Below, one piece after another: positions 18,806 to 31,087 of a DNA stretch of 64,000 bases (the stretch's first letter is position 1; every line of letters begins with the position of its first letter). Made by a program: the position numbers and the translations under genes. The notes beneath the pieces are model-generated. The model was given only the letters and a program-made list of their open reading frames with translations. It ran no database searches and had not been told where the DNA came from. Source of the DNA: an uncultured Bacilli bacterium (lineage in GTDB: Bacteria; Bacillota_I; Bacilli_A; RF39; UBA660); assembly GCA_947623925.1 (NCBI GenBank), contig CANQID010000001.1:4047-68046 (forward strand), written 5' to 3'.

Positions 18806-21800
18806 GTGGCTTATAAAGTTAAAAAATTTGGAGATCACCGAGAAAGACGTACGTATGCAAAAACAAAAAATGCAATTGAACTAGGAAATTTGTTAGAGAT
18901 TCAAAAAAAATCTTATGATTGGTTTATAACAGAAGGAATAAAAGAAGTATTTGAAGATATTTTTCCTGTGGAAAGTTTTACAGGAAATTTAACATTGGAG
19001 TTTGGAGAATATTCTTTTGATGAACCAAGATATTCTATTAAAGGATGTAAAGAAAGATATGCAACTTTTGCTGCACCTTTAAAAGTAGCTGCAAGACTAT
19101 TTAATCAAGAAACAGGAGAAGTAAAAGAACAAGAAATATTTTTAGGTGACATGCCTATAATGACTGAAAGTGGGACTTTTATTATAAATGGTGCAGAGCG
19201 TGTTATTGTGTCACAATTAGTGCGTTCACCTAGTGTTTATTTTGGAAGAGAAATTGATAAAAAAAATGGTAAATCAATAATAACTTCACAAGTTATTCCT
19301 ACACGTGGTACATGGCTAGAATACGAAACTGATGCAAGAGACATAGTGTATGTAAGAATAGACCGTACTAGAAAAGTAACAATAACAACACTACTTAGAG
19401 CATTAGGACTTTCAAACGATGAAGATATTATTGCTTTATTTGGTGAAGATGACTATATAAATAAAACATTAGAAAAAGATCCTAATAAGAATACAGACGA
19501 AGCATTAATTGATATTCACTCAAAATTAAGACCAGGAGAACCTTCTACGCTAGATAGTGCTAAAAATCAATTAATTTCAAGATTTTTTGATGCATTTAGA
19601 TATGATTTAGCTAAAGTAGGACGTTATAAATTTAATAGAAAATTAAATATAACAGAAAGATTACTTGGATGTGTATTAGCTGAAGATATAAAAATTAAAA
19701 ATAAAGTAATAGTTAAAGAAGGAACTTTAATTGATAAAGAAGTTTTAGAACAATTAAAAGAGATTTTTAAAGATGGCTATGGTATAAAAGAAGTACAAAT
19801 TAACGAAGAATTAGATTCTTATAATAAAGTACAAATTGTAAGTGTATATTCAAAATTAAATCCAACTAAAGTAATTAAAGTAATTGGTAATGATCAATCA
19901 ATAGATGAAAAACGTTTGACAATTTCAGATATATATGCATCAGTATCATATTATTTAAATTTACTTGAAGGTGTTGGAAATTTTGATGAAATAGATAACT
20001 TATCTAATCGTCGTGTTAGACAAGTAGGGGAATTACTTCAAAATCAATTTAGAATTGGTGTAAGTCGTATGGAAAGAGTTATAAGAGATAGAATGTCTAC
20101 TCAAGAAATATCTGATGTAACACCAAAAACACTTATAAATATAAGACCACTTACTGCTGCAATGAAAGAATTTTTTGGAAGCAGTCAGTTGTCACAATTC
20201 ATGGATCAAACAAATCCAGTTGCAGAACTTACAAATAAAAGACGTTTATCTTCTTTAGGACCAGGTGGATTGTCTCGTGATAGAGCAGGTATGGAAGTTC
20301 GTGATGTAAACCCATCACATTATGGAAGAATTTGCCCTATTGAATCACCAGAAGGACCAAATATAGGACTTATAACTTCTTTAGCAAGTTATGCAAAAGT
20401 AGATGACTATGGATTTATAATGACACCATACCGTAAAGTTGAAAACTGTAAATTAACAGATGAAATAGTTTATATGACAGCTGATGAAGAATTAGATCAT
20501 TATATTTCACAAGCAACTTCTACAGTTAATGAAAACAATGAATTAATAGATGAACGTGTACCTGCACGTTATCGTGGAGAAAATATAATAATTGAAAAAG
20601 AAAAAATAGATTATATAGATGTTTCACCTCAACAAGTTGTGTCTATTACAACACAAGGAATTCCATTCCTTGAACATGATGATGGAAAGCGTGCACTTAT
20701 GGGTGCTAATATGCAGCGTCAAGCAATCCCACTTTTAAAACCAGAAGCTCCAATTGTTGGAACAGGTGTAGAGGCAATTGCTGCTCGTGATTCAGGTGCT
20801 GTTGTAATTGCATCTGCTGATGGAATTGTTGATTATGTTGATGCAAGAAAAATAGTAGTAAAAACAATGGGTGGTTCAGATACTTATTATTTAAATGGAT
20901 TTGAACGTAGTAATGCAGGAACTTGTTATCATCAAGTACCTATTGTAAAACTAGGAGATAAAGTAACAAGAGGAATGGTTATTGCCGATGGGCCAGGTAC
21001 TGAAAAAGGAGAAATGGCTTTAGGTAGAAATGTTACAGTTGCATTCATGAACTATAATGGTTATAACTATGAGGATGCTGTAATATTAAATGAAAGATTA
21101 GTAAAAGACGATGTATATACTTCAATACATATAGAAGATTATCAAATAGAATGTAGAGATACTAAACTTGGACCAGAAGAATTTACAAGAGATATTCCAA
21201 ATGTAGGTGAGGAAGCTCGTAAAAATCTAGATGAAAATGGTATTATAAGAATTGGTACTGAAGTAAAAGATGATGATATACTAGTTGGTAAAGTAACACC
21301 TAAGGGAATGGCTGAACTTACTTCAGAAGAAAAATTATTACATGCAATATTTGGTGAAAAAACTCGTGAAGTAAGAGATACATCACTTCGTGTTCCACAT
21401 GGTGGAGAAGGTATAGTACATGATGTAAAAATATTTACAAAAGAAGATACAGATGAATTACCAGCAGGTGTTTCAAAAATAGTTCGTGTGTATATTGCTC
21501 AAAAACGTAAAATAAGCGTTGGTGATAAAATGGCAGGACGTCATGGAAATAAAGGTGTTATTTCACTTATACTTCCAGAAGAAGATATGCCATATACAGC
21601 AGATGGCCGTCCTGTAGATATACTTTTAAATCCACTTGGAGTTCCATCTCGTATGAATATAGGACAAATCCTTGAAATGCATTTAGGAATTGCAGCTAAA
21701 AATTTAGGGATTTATGTTGCTACACCAGTATTTGATGGTGCAAATAGAGAAGAAATTATAGATGCTTTAAAAGAAGCAGGACTTGATGAAGATGGAAAAA

Positions 21801-22423
21801 CAGTTCTTTATGATGGTAGAACAGGTGAACCATTTGAAAATAGAATAAGTGTTGGTGTAATGTACATGATTAAACTTCATCATATGGTTGATGATAAATT
21901 ACATTCACGTTCAACTGGACCTTATTCATTAGTAACTCAACAACCACTTGGTGGAAAAGCACAATTTGGTGGTCAAAGATTTGGAGAAATGGAAGTTTGG
22001 GCACTTTATGCTTATGGTGCTGCTCATGTACTTCAAGAAATGATGACTACTAAATCAGATGATGTAGTTGGTCGTGTTAAAGTATATGAATCACTAGTAA
22101 AAGGTACTCCAATTCCAAAACCAGGTGTACCAGAATCATTTAGAGTATTAATAAAAGAATTCCAAGCTTTAGGACTTAATATAACAGTTAAAAATGAAGA
22201 TGGTAATTTTGTTGAACTTAGGGATTTAGAAGAAAGTGAACAAGATAGTTACTTACTAAGTGAAGAATCAGAAGAAGCAAAAAACAATTTCGAACTTGCA
22301 GATCCTGATATTCCAAATGAAGAACTAGAAGAATATGATGATGAATTTGATGAAACAGAAGATGAGATAGACGAAGAAATAGAAAAAGGTTTTGAAAAAA
22401 TGATGGAAGGGGATGAGGAATAA
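18806..22423 (+). CDS. rpoB: DNA-directed RNA polymerase subunit beta (GTG start)
   Basis: [19 protein letters not shown]...[10 protein letters not shown] and full-length conservation. Acidic C-terminal tail ([19 protein letters not shown]...). Confidence 0.95.
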   Translation: MAYKVKKFGDHRERRTYAKTKNAIELGNLLEIQKKSYDWFITEGIKEVFEDIFPVESFTGNLTLEFGEYSFDEPRYSIKGCKERYATFAAPLKVAARLFNQETGEVKEQEIFLGDMPIMTESGTFIINGAERVIVSQLVRSPSVYFGREIDKKNGKSIITSQVIPTRGTWLEYETDARDIVYVRIDRTRKVTITTLLRALGLSNDEDIIALFGEDDYINKTLEKDPNKNTDEALIDIHSKLRPGEPSTLDSAKNQLISRFFDAFRYDLAKVGRYKFNRKLNITERLLGCVLAEDIKIKNKVIVKEGTLIDKEVLEQLKEIFKDGYGIKEVQINEELDSYNKVQIVSVYSKLNPTKVIKVIGNDQSIDEKRLTISDIYASVSYYLNLLEGVGNFDEIDNLSNRRVRQVGELLQNQFRIGVSRMERVIRDRMSTQEISDVTPKTLINIRPLTAAMKEFFGSSQLSQFMDQTNPVAELTNKRRLSSLGPGGLSRDRAGMEVRDVNPSHYGRICPIESPEGPNIGLITSLASYAKVDDYGFIMTPYRKVENCKLTDEIVYMTADEELDHYISQATSTVNENNELIDERVPARYRGENIIIEKEKIDYIDVSPQQVVSITTQGIPFLEHDDGKRALMGANMQRQAIPLLKPEAPIVGTGVEAIAARDSGAVVIASADGIVDYVDARKIVVKTMGGSDTYYLNGFERSNAGTCYHQVPIVKLGDKVTRGMVIADGPGTEKGEMALGRNVTVAFMNYNGYNYEDAVILNERLVKDDVYTSIHIEDYQIECRDTKLGPEEFTRDIPNVGEEARKNLDENGIIRIGTEVKDDDILVGKVTPKGMAELTSEEKLLHAIFGEKTREVRDTSLRVPHGGEGIVHDVKIFTKEDTDELPAGVSKIVRVYIAQKRKISVGDKMAGRHGNKGVISLILPEEDMPYTADGRPVDILLNPLGVPSRMNIGQILEMHLGIAAKNLGIYVATPVFDGANREEIIDALKEAGLDEDGKTVLYDGRTGEPFENRISVGVMYMIKLHHMVDDKLHSRSTGPYSLVTQQPLGGKAQFGGQRFGEMEVWALYAYGAAHVLQEMMTTKSDDVVGRVKVYESLVKGTPIPKPGVPESFRVLIKEFQALGLNITVKNEDGNFVELRDLEESEQDSYLLSEESEEAKNNFELADPDIPNEELEEYDDEFDETEDEIDEEIEKGFEKMMEGDEE

Positions 22424-25400
22424 TGGATGTTAATCAATTTGAAGCAATAAAAATAGCCATAGCCTCACCTGAAACAATTCGTGGTTGGTCTCATGGAGAA
22501 GTAAAAAAAGCAGAAACAATTAATTACCGTACTTTAAAGCCAGAAAGAGATGGTTTATTCTGTGAAAAAATATTCGGACCTACTAAAGATTTTGAGTGTT
22601 CTTGTGGTAAATATAAAAGATTAAGATACAAAAACATAGTATGTGATAGATGTGGAGTAGAAGTAACAAGAAGTAAAGTTAGACGTGAAAGAATGGGGCA
22701 TATTGAACTTGCTACTCCTTGTTCTCACATTTGGTTTTTTAAAGGTATTCCATCTCGTATGGGACTTGTACTTGATATGTCTCCAAGAGACTTAGAGGAA
22801 GTACTATACTTTGTTTCATATGTAGTTTTAGACCCAGGTAGTACAACTTTAGAAAAAAAACAAACAATAAGTGATAAAGAGTATAGAGTTTACTACGAAA
22901 AATATGGCAATACTTTTAGAGTAGGAATGGGAGCAGAGGCTATCCAAGAATTATTAAAAGAAGTAGATATTGATAAAGAAGTAGAAGAAATCAAAAAAGA
23001 AATAGATGAAATAAAAGATTCTTCAAGTCAAAAACGTATAAGACTTATTAAACGTTTAGATGTACTTAGTGCATTTCAACAATCAGGAAATAAACCAGAA
23101 TGGATGATATTAAATGCACTTCCTGTTATACCACCAGAACTTCGTCCAATGATTCAATTAGATGGTGGTAGATTTGCAACATCCGATTTAAATGACTTAT
23201 ATAGACGTGTTATAAATCGTAATAATCGTCTTAAAAAATTAATGGAATTAGGTGCTCCATCAATTATAATTCAAAATGAAAAACGTATGTTACAAGAAGC
23301 TGTTGATGCATTATTTGATAATGGTAGACGTGGACGTAATATAACAGGAGCAGGTAATAGACCACTTAAATCATTATCAAGTATGTTAAAAGGAAAACAA
23401 GGTCGTTTCCGTCAAAACTTACTTGGTAAACGTGTTGATTATTCTGCTCGTTCAGTTATAGTTGTTGGCCCAAATTTAAAAATGTATGAATGTGGAATTC
23501 CTAAAGAAATGGCACTTGAATTATTTAAACCACATGTAATAAATGGTCTTGTTACAAAAGAAATAGCAAGCAATATTAAAGCTGCTAAAAGAATGATTGA
23601 AAATCAAGACCCTCGTGTTTGGGATATAGTAGAAGAAAAAATAAAAGAACATCCTGTTATGCTTAACCGTGCTCCAACTTTACATAGATTAGGTATTCAA
23701 GCATTTGAACCTAAATTAATAGGTGGTCGTGCAATTAGACTTCATCCACTTGTTTGTGCAGCATTTAATGCAGACTTCGATGGAGACCAAATGGCAGTCC
23801 ATGTACCAATTAGTGATGAAGCTCAAGCAGAAGCAAGAATCCTTATGTTAGGTGCTAACAACATACTATCTCCAAAAGATGGTAAACCAATTGTTACACC
23901 ATCACAAGATATGGTATTAGGAAATTATTATATTACTATGGAAAAAGCAGGCCTTCCTGGAGAAGGTAGAGTATTTAAAGACGACTCAGAAGCATTAATG
24001 TCTTATGAAAGAAGAGAAATTACTTTACATACTCGTATTGCTTTACCTGTAAAATCATTTAAACATAAAATATTCCCTGATATATATATGGACAAATATT
24101 TAGTAACAACACCAGGAAAACTTTTATTTAATGAAATATTCCCTGATACTTTCCAATATATAAATGATGGAAGTGCAGAAAACATTGAAAAAATAACTCC
24201 TAAAAAATATTTCATTAATAGAGGAGAAAATATAAAAGAAGCAATTAAAGAAATGCCACTTGTTGAAGCATTTAATAAAAGTGTATTAGGAAAACTAATC
24301 GCACAAATTTATAAAAGATATCAAACTACTGAAACTTCAGTAATGCTTGATAAATTAAAAGACTTAGGATTTAAGTATTCTACATTATCTGGTATTAGTA
24401 TCGCAATAAGTGATATAAAAGAAAGTAAAATTAAACCTACAGTATTAAAAGAAAGTCAAGATATGGTTGATGCTGTTAATAAACAATTTAAACGTGGTTT
24501 AATTACAGATAATGAAAGATATGAAAAAGTAATAGAAATTTGGAACAATGCTAAAAAGAAAATACAACAAGAACTTGAAGTTATGGTTAATGAAGACAAA
24601 GATAATCCAATTTCAATAATGATGATGAGTAAAGCTCGTGGAGATATTAATTCACATACTCAATTAGTAGGTATGCGTGGATTATTTGCTAAACCTAGTG
24701 GTGGTCAAGTAGAAATCCCTGTTAAATCTTCATTTAGTGAAGGTGTTACTATAAGTGAATTCTTCTTATCTACACACGGTGCTCGTAAAGGAGCAGTTGA
24801 TACTGCATTAAAAACAGCAGATGCTGGATATTTAACAAGAAGACTTGTTGATGTTGCTCAAGATGTAATTGTAAAAGAAGAGGACTGTGGAACTGAACAA
24901 GGTGTTGTTGTTGAAGCATTCATTAATGAAAAAGATGGAACTGTTATTGAATCTTTATATAATCGTATTTTAGGTCGTTATACAAATAAGAAAATAATTC
25001 ATCCTGAAACTAAAGAAGTTATGTACGAAAGAAATACATATATAACAGAACAAGTAGCAGATAAAATTATAGAAGCAGGAATTACAAAAGTACCAATTAG
25101 AACAGTACTTACTTGTAAAACTGAACATGGTGTTTGTAGAAAATGCTATGGTCGTAATTTAGCAACAGGTTCTATAGTTGAAATAGGAGAAGCAGTTGGA
25201 ATTATGGCTGCACAATCAATAGGTGAACCTGGTACTCAATTAACAATGAGAAACTTCAATACTGGTGGTGTAGCCGGTGGAGATGATATTACTCAAGGTT
25301 TACCTCGTGTTCAAGAACTATTTGAAGCACGTAATCCAAAAGGAAAAGCAACTATTTCTGATATAACAGGTAAAGTTACAAAAATAGAAGAATCTGGAGG

Positions 25401-26058
25401 TAAGTTTGTTATTACTGTAACAAATGATGCTGAAAGTAAAGAACACACTTCTAATTATGGTGCTAAACTTGCTGTTGAATTAAATAGTGATGTAGTTGCA
25501 GGTCAAAGACTTACACATGGTGCTATAAGTCCAAAAGAATTGTTAGTTGTAACAGATCCAATTACAGTACAACAATATATATTGCTTGAAATTCAAAAAG
25601 TTTATGGTTCACAAGGTGTTGATATTTCTGATAAACACGTTGAAATTATGGCAAAACGTATGATTTCAAAAATTAAAATTATAAACAGTGGGGATACAAC
25701 TTTCTTACCTGGAACACTTGTAAATATAAATCATTTTGCAAATGTAAATAAAAATTTGATTATAGAAGGTAAACGTCCAGCAACGGGTCGTCCTGTTTTA
25801 CTTGGTATTACTAAAGCATCTTTGGAAACTGATTCATTCTTATCAGCTGCATCTTTCCAAGAAACAACACGTATATTAACAGATGCTGCAATTCATGGAA
25901 AAGTTGATGAGTTAAATGGTTTAAAAGAGAATGTTATTATTGGTAAATTAATACCAGCAGGAACAGGTGCTAAAAAGTATAAAAAAACTGATTATAATTT
26001 AGAAATTGATTTATTAAAAGAAGAACCATTAGAAGCATTAGAAGAAGAATTATTATAA
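22423..26058 (+). CDS. rpoC: DNA-directed RNA polymerase subunit beta'
   Basis: [53 protein letters not shown], zinc-finger CSCGKY...CDRCG, and the NADFDGD catalytic motif. Confidence 0.95.
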   Translation: MDVNQFEAIKIAIASPETIRGWSHGEVKKAETINYRTLKPERDGLFCEKIFGPTKDFECSCGKYKRLRYKNIVCDRCGVEVTRSKVRRERMGHIELATPCSHIWFFKGIPSRMGLVLDMSPRDLEEVLYFVSYVVLDPGSTTLEKKQTISDKEYRVYYEKYGNTFRVGMGAEAIQELLKEVDIDKEVEEIKKEIDEIKDSSSQKRIRLIKRLDVLSAFQQSGNKPEWMILNALPVIPPELRPMIQLDGGRFATSDLNDLYRRVINRNNRLKKLMELGAPSIIIQNEKRMLQEAVDALFDNGRRGRNITGAGNRPLKSLSSMLKGKQGRFRQNLLGKRVDYSARSVIVVGPNLKMYECGIPKEMALELFKPHVINGLVTKEIASNIKAAKRMIENQDPRVWDIVEEKIKEHPVMLNRAPTLHRLGIQAFEPKLIGGRAIRLHPLVCAAFNADFDGDQMAVHVPISDEAQAEARILMLGANNILSPKDGKPIVTPSQDMVLGNYYITMEKAGLPGEGRVFKDDSEALMSYERREITLHTRIALPVKSFKHKIFPDIYMDKYLVTTPGKLLFNEIFPDTFQYINDGSAENIEKITPKKYFINRGENIKEAIKEMPLVEAFNKSVLGKLIAQIYKRYQTTETSVMLDKLKDLGFKYSTLSGISIAISDIKESKIKPTVLKESQDMVDAVNKQFKRGLITDNERYEKVIEIWNNAKKKIQQELEVMVNEDKDNPISIMMMSKARGDINSHTQLVGMRGLFAKPSGGQVEIPVKSSFSEGVTISEFFLSTHGARKGAVDTALKTADAGYLTRRLVDVAQDVIVKEEDCGTEQGVVVEAFINEKDGTVIESLYNRILGRYTNKKIIHPETKEVMYERNTYITEQVADKIIEAGITKVPIRTVLTCKTEHGVCRKCYGRNLATGSIVEIGEAVGIMAAQSIGEPGTQLTMRNFNTGGVAGGDDITQGLPRVQELFEARNPKGKATISDITGKVTKIEESGGKFVITVTNDAESKEHTSNYGAKLAVELNSDVVAGQRLTHGAISPKELLVVTDPITVQQYILLEIQKVYGSQGVDISDKHVEIMAKRMISKIKIINSGDTTFLPGTLVNINHFANVNKNLIIEGKRPATGRPVLLGITKASLETDSFLSAASFQETTRILTDAAIHGKVDELNGLKENVIIGKLIPAGTGAKKYKKTDYNLEIDLLKEEPLEALEEELL

Positions 26059-26064
26059 AAATTT

Positions 26065-26091
26065 AGAGTGAAATAATCACTCTATTTTTTA
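26065..26091 (+). terminator. rho-independent terminator after rpoC
   Basis: AGAGTG aaataat CACTCT followed by ATTTTTTAT. Confidence 0.6.
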
Positions 26092-26204
26092 TAATTATAA
26101 CTATAAAAAATTATTTATTGAATATTTTTAATTATAAATAAATATTATAAATATGAATTTGCAATTTAAAAAAAAATGGTTATAATATATTCGAAGGTGA
26201 TTTT

Positions 26205-27116
26205 ATGAGAAATTTTAAATTCAATGCAAAACTTATTAGTATAATTATCGCTGGAATAATATTAGTAGGTGGTTGTTCTAATAAAAGTACATCAACTATA
26301 GATAATTCAAAAAGTAATGAAGATTATTCATTAGATTCTGCAATATCAGATGAAAAAACTATAATTCCAAATTCAAGTGATGAAGTAATTGATAATTCAA
26401 AAGATACAACACAAAAAAATACTTCAAGTAGTACAACATCAAATGATAATTCTTTAGAAAATAATTCAAGTAGTACTACATCAAAGAACAATTCTTTAGA
26501 AAATAATAAAGAACAATCTACAACCATACCTAATAAAGAAATTCAAAACCCTGTAGTAGAAGATACAAATATATCAAGTACTTCAAATTCTTATGTAGAA
26601 GAAACAAACGAAAATGATAATATTGTATTACAAGAATTTAGAAATTTAAAAGCGGATGTTAAAAAAATAACGGAAAGTGATACAGTTACAAATTTTAAAG
26701 AAGATTGCAAAAATGTATTTATTACAATAGTAGATTTTATATTTTATGATGGTGAAATAAAAGGTATAACATTTGATGAATTAAGCGATGCAGCAAAACA
26801 AGAATTATTAAAAGAAGCATCAGAAATTGATAGTTTAATAGTTAAAAAATTTCCAAATTATAAAGAAGAAATAAGTTCATTTGCAACCTCTGCATATAAT
26901 AAAGCATCTAATTTAATAAAGACAGGTGCAAATAATATAAAAGATTTTGCTAAAGACAAATTAGGGGAAGATAACTATAATAAGATTAAACAAGTTAAAG
27001 ATGATTTGAAACAAAGCGCTTCAACTGTTTGGGAAGATTTAAAAGATGATGTAGGAAATGTCTATGATAAAGCAAAAGAAAAAATAAAAAATTGGTATGA
27101 GAATTTTAAAAATTAG
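26205..27116 (+). CDS. lipoprotein with Ser/Thr/Asn-rich linker
   Basis: Signal peptide with lipobox LVGGC. S/T/N-rich linker containing a 42-nt tandem repeat (SSSTTS.NNSLENN x2). Folded C-terminal domain of unknown function. Confidence 0.6.
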   Translation: MRNFKFNAKLISIIIAGIILVGGCSNKSTSTIDNSKSNEDYSLDSAISDEKTIIPNSSDEVIDNSKDTTQKNTSSSTTSNDNSLENNSSSTTSKNNSLENNKEQSTTIPNKEIQNPVVEDTNISSTSNSYVEETNENDNIVLQEFRNLKADVKKITESDTVTNFKEDCKNVFITIVDFIFYDGEIKGITFDELSDAAKQELLKEASEIDSLIVKKFPNYKEEISSFATSAYNKASNLIKTGANNIKDFAKDKLGEDNYNKIKQVKDDLKQSASTVWEDLKDDVGNVYDKAKEKIKNWYENFKN

Positions 27117-27117
27117 A

Positions 27118-27146
27118 TTGACTAATTATATTATTTATTATACAAT
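27118..27146 (+). promoter_or_regulatory. consensus sigma-A promoter (TTGACT-17-TACAAT) for the proS leader
   Basis: TTGACT at 27118-27123 and TACAAT at 27141-27146. Confidence 0.5.
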
Positions 27147-27360
27147 TTAATTATAAATGTGATGATTAGGACATAACAATAAAACATTTTATAAAAGTGA
27201 TTTGAGGATAGTGTGAACTCAATTATAAATAATTATTGTTCCTACCTATGAACAGTTTTTTGAAAGAAAAACCGGTATTACCGTTATTTAAATTAAGCAA
27301 ACAAAGGATGGTACCGTGCTCATGCACTCCTTAAGTATCATTCTTTTTTTTGAGGGAGGA
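27147..27360 (+). promoter_or_regulatory. T-box riboswitch leader (probable proline specifier)
   Basis: ~210-nt leader upstream of an aaRS gene. T-box consensus-like AAAGGATGGTACCGTG at 27303-27320, and a U-run (TTCTTTTTTTT) before the RBS. CCT/ACC triplets in the candidate specifier region (...TTGTTCCTACCTATG...). Confidence 0.5.
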
Positions 27361-27364
27361 TTAT

Positions 27365-28798
27365 ATGGAAAATAATAAATTGAAGGAAATTACAAGCCGT
27401 GATGTAGATTTTGCTAAGTGGTATACTGATATTGTAAGGGTTGCTCATTTAGCAGATTACTCATCAGTTAAAGGTTGTATTGTAATTGAGCCAAATGGAT
27501 ATGCAATATGGGAACGTATGCAAGAAATATTAGATAAAGAATTTAAAAAACTAGGGCATGTTAATTGTCAAATGCCTTTGTTAATACCAGAAAATTTACT
27601 TAAAAAAGAAGGAGAACTAGTGAATGGTTTCGCACCTGAAGTAGCTTGGGTAACTAAAGGAGGAGAAAAAGAGTTAGATGAAAGATTATGCATAAGACCA
27701 ACTAGTGAAACTTTATTTTGTGATTACTATTCAACTCATCTAAAATCATATAGAGATTTACCAAAACTTTACAATCAATGGTGTAATGTTTTAAGATGGG
27801 AAAAAGAAACAAGACCTTTTTTAAGGAGTAGAGAGTTTTTATGGCAAGAAGGTCATACTATTCATGCAACAAGTGAAGAGGCTAAAAAAGAAACAGATCA
27901 AATGATGGATGTATATTATAGATTTCATCATGATGTTTTAGCTATACCATCTATTAGAGGTAAAAAAACTGAAAAAGAAAAATTTGCAGGGGCAGAATAT
28001 ACATTAACAAACGAGGCACTTATGTATAATGGTGTTTCATTACAATTAGGTACATCACATTATTTTGGACAAAAATTTTCAGAAGCTTATAATGTAACAT
28101 TTACTAATAAAGAAAATAAAGAAGAATATCCATATCAAACTTCATGGGGAACAACTACTAGAATGATAGGTGGATTGATAATGGTACATAGTGACGATTA
28201 TGGACTTGTATTACCTCCTAAAATTGCGCCAAAACAAGTAGTTATAATACCAATAGGTAATGATAAAGAAATAATAGATTTATCAGAGTCAATAAAAAAA
28301 CAATTACTTGATAACGAAATATCAGTTTATATTGATAACAGTGAAAAATCACCCGGATTTAAATTTGCAGATGCTGAAGTAAATGGTATTCCAATAAGAA
28401 TTGAAATAGGAAAAAGAGATTTAGAAAAAAATATGATTACATTTGTAAGAAGAGACACAAGAGAAAAAATGCAAGTACAAATCGATATAGATATTATAAA
28501 TTATACTAAAAAAATGTTAGATACTATACAAAATGATATGTATGAAAGAGCAAAACAAAGAAGAGATAGCCTTACCTTTACTGCACATAATTTAAAAGAA
28601 ATGGAAGATATATTAAATAAGCAACCAGGATTTATACATGCAATGTGGTGTGGAGATCCTAAATGTGAAGAAAAAATAAAAGAAATAAAAGGTTGTAAAT
28701 CAAGATGTATATTAGAAGATAAAAAACCAATAGATGATTTTTGTGTTTGTTGTGGCAAAAAAGCAAAACATTATGTAGTATGGGGCATACAATATTAG
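27365..28798 (+). CDS. proS: proline--tRNA ligase (archaeal/eukaryotic-type class II ProRS with C-terminal zinc-binding domain)
   Basis: WYTDIVRVAHLADYSSVKGCIVIEPNGYAIWERMQ, class II motifs 2 and 3, and a C-terminal Cys cluster (CGDPKCE...CKSRC...CVCCG). ATG 27365 follows RBS GGGAGG. Confidence 0.9.
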   Translation: MENNKLKEITSRDVDFAKWYTDIVRVAHLADYSSVKGCIVIEPNGYAIWERMQEILDKEFKKLGHVNCQMPLLIPENLLKKEGELVNGFAPEVAWVTKGGEKELDERLCIRPTSETLFCDYYSTHLKSYRDLPKLYNQWCNVLRWEKETRPFLRSREFLWQEGHTIHATSEEAKKETDQMMDVYYRFHHDVLAIPSIRGKKTEKEKFAGAEYTLTNEALMYNGVSLQLGTSHYFGQKFSEAYNVTFTNKENKEEYPYQTSWGTTTRMIGGLIMVHSDDYGLVLPPKIAPKQVVIIPIGNDKEIIDLSESIKKQLLDNEISVYIDNSEKSPGFKFADAEVNGIPIRIEIGKRDLEKNMITFVRRDTREKMQVQIDIDIINYTKKMLDTIQNDMYERAKQRRDSLTFTAHNLKEMEDILNKQPGFIHAMWCGDPKCEEKIKEIKGCKSRCILEDKKPIDDFCVCCGKKAKHYVVWGIQY

Positions 28799-28938
28799 AG
28801 CAATAGTCTCTTTTTTTTTTAATTATTATAAATTTACTTTACATATTATTAATATTGATATGTATTTTTATTAATATTAATATGTACTTTTTTGTCGAAT
28901 TTTGGTATAATTATAACAAAGTATAGGAAGTGGTATAA

Positions 28939-31077
28939 TTGAATAAATTCAAAAAAATAATTTCAATAATTTTTTGTTTAACTCTTTTATTAAATATAGT
29001 ACCTGTTTATGCTGCAAGTAATAAACAAATAGTAGTAACTACTAGTTTATTAAGATTTAGAAGTGCTGCAACTACAAATTCTACAATTTATTCTTCACTT
29101 ACATATGGAGATATACTTACAGTTTTAGATGAACAAACTGTAAATAATAGTGGATGTAGTAGTAATAAATGGTATAAAGTTAGTTATTCTAATAAAGTTG
29201 GATATGTTTGCTCTTCATATACAAGTGTAATAGATGAAAAAGACAAAAATTTATCTGCATATATAGTAGAAGAAAAAACATTAAGAAAGGGGCCATCTAC
29301 AAGTTCTAGCGCTATAACTGATATGAAATCAGGTTCTAGCATAACTATTTTAGGACAAAGTGGTAGTTGGTATTATGTAAAATATAATAATCAAACTGGA
29401 TGGATTAATGAAAATAGGGTTACTATAGTTCCTAATGAAGATACTGATGCAAATTTTAAAAATACAGTATTATCAAAATTTCCAAGCAGTTATCACCCTT
29501 ATTTAATTAAAATGCATAATGATCATCCAAATTGGGTATTTGAACCATTTGAAACTAATGTGGATTTTAAAACTGCAGTTGAAAAAGAATCAGCAATTGG
29601 TGTTAGTTTAACAAATAGTACTTCACAAGGCTTTTATTCAACAGCAGGTGGAGCATATGATTATAAAACTGATACTTTTTATTTGAAAGAGGGAAGTAGC
29701 TGGTATGCAGCAAACTCAGAAGCAATAGCTTATTATATGGACCCTAGAAATTATTTAAATGAAATAAGTATATTTGCATTTGAAAAATTATCTTATGATC
29801 CAAACTTACATACAGTTGAGACTGTAAAATCGACTTTAGCAAATTTTCCTACTTTATCTACTTATGCTGATGATTTTATAACTGCTGCCCAAGAAACTAA
29901 AGTTAGTCCAATTCATTTAGCGACAAGATCAATTCAAGAAATAGGAAATTCTACAACTGCGATTTCAGGCACAACCGTATTTAATTGTAATGGTGTTAAA
30001 TATAATGGCGGATATTATAATTTTTATAATATAGGAGCATATACATCAAGTAATCCTGTTGAACTTGGGTTATGTTATGCTGTAAATAAAGGATGGAATA
30101 CACCAGCTAAAGCAATAGCAGGTGGTGCTTCTACAATATCTAATGGGTATGTAAATGCAGGTCAAGATACAGGTTATTTACAAAAATATAATGTTAAAAA
30201 TGGAACAGTTACTACAAGTCATCAATTTATGACAAATATAGCTGCGCCTATAAGTGAATCAACAATTACATATAATGGTCATGTTAAAGCTAAAACTTTA
30301 GATGGAAATTTTGTATTTAAAATTCCAATTTATAAAGAAGGTACATTGCCAGAAAATTTATCTGTTTTACCATCAGGAGGAAATCCTAATAATTATTTAA
30401 AAACTGTTCTTGTTAATGGAAATATATTAGATACATTCAACTTAGATAAGACAACTTATACTGTAAATTTACCATCTAATGCAACTAGTGTAACAATATC
30501 AGGATTGCCTGTAAGTTCTAAATCAACAGTAACGGGAGGGGGAACTATTGATTTAACTAAAACTAAACAAGCAACACTTACTGTTAAAGCACAAAATAAA
30601 ACAACTAGGACATACACATTTAATTTTGCTTTAGTAAATCCTACTTCTAGTAAAGTTGAAGACATAGTAAATAGTATTGGTGTAAAAAATGATGGAACTT
30701 ACATATATGGTATAAATAATAAAGAAACAACAGATATAATAGAGGAAATTAAGAGTAAAAATGCAAGTGCAACAATTCAATTTAAAAACAGTAAGGGACA
30801 GGTAAAATCAAATACATCTTTTGCAACAGGAGATACTGTGACTGTTACTATTGGAACTAGTTCAAAAACATATAAATTAGTAGTTCTTGGTGATACAAGT
30901 GGAGATGGAAAAATAGATATATTAGATTTATTAAAAATACAAAAAAATATATTAGAATCTAGTAAATTGTCTAATGAATATTTAAGAGCGGCTAATGTAA
31001 ATTCAGATGGAAAAGTAGATATATTGGACTTACTTAAAGTTCAAAAGCATATACTAGGACATGGAAATATTGAATAA
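28939..31077 (+). CDS. secreted multidomain cell-wall hydrolase: 2x SH3b, GH73-like glucosaminidase domain, cadherin-like beta-sandwich, Ig-like domains, C-terminal dockerin (TTG start)
   Basis: Signal peptide (IVPVYAAS). Two SH3_3-like repeats (SSLTYGDILTV..., NKWYKVSYSNKVGYV / WYYVKYNNQTGWI). Central region with GH73-like motifs (SPIHLATRSIQEIG..., NFYNIGAY). CLBD-like segment. C-terminal dockerin pair DTSGDGKIDILDLLKIQKNIL / NVNSDGKVDILDLLKVQKHIL. Confidence 0.7.
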   Translation: MNKFKKIISIIFCLTLLLNIVPVYAASNKQIVVTTSLLRFRSAATTNSTIYSSLTYGDILTVLDEQTVNNSGCSSNKWYKVSYSNKVGYVCSSYTSVIDEKDKNLSAYIVEEKTLRKGPSTSSSAITDMKSGSSITILGQSGSWYYVKYNNQTGWINENRVTIVPNEDTDANFKNTVLSKFPSSYHPYLIKMHNDHPNWVFEPFETNVDFKTAVEKESAIGVSLTNSTSQGFYSTAGGAYDYKTDTFYLKEGSSWYAANSEAIAYYMDPRNYLNEISIFAFEKLSYDPNLHTVETVKSTLANFPTLSTYADDFITAAQETKVSPIHLATRSIQEIGNSTTAISGTTVFNCNGVKYNGGYYNFYNIGAYTSSNPVELGLCYAVNKGWNTPAKAIAGGASTISNGYVNAGQDTGYLQKYNVKNGTVTTSHQFMTNIAAPISESTITYNGHVKAKTLDGNFVFKIPIYKEGTLPENLSVLPSGGNPNNYLKTVLVNGNILDTFNLDKTTYTVNLPSNATSVTISGLPVSSKSTVTGGGTIDLTKTKQATLTVKAQNKTTRTYTFNFALVNPTSSKVEDIVNSIGVKNDGTYIYGINNKETTDIIEEIKSKNASATIQFKNSKGQVKSNTSFATGDTVTVTIGTSSKTYKLVVLGDTSGDGKIDILDLLKIQKNILESSKLSNEYLRAANVNSDGKVDILDLLKVQKHILGHGNIE

Positions 31078-31087
31078 GGAGATAAAT

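Noticed and set aside
22249-22423. Acidic C-terminal extension of RpoB ([31 protein letters not shown]) as a separate feature
   Set aside because: Short acidic tails on the beta subunit occur in several Firmicutes. It is not clearly unusual without an alignment.
28799-28830. Terminator after proS (AGAG caatagt CTCT + T10)
   Set aside because: The stem is only 4 bp. The T-run alone is common in this AT-rich DNA.
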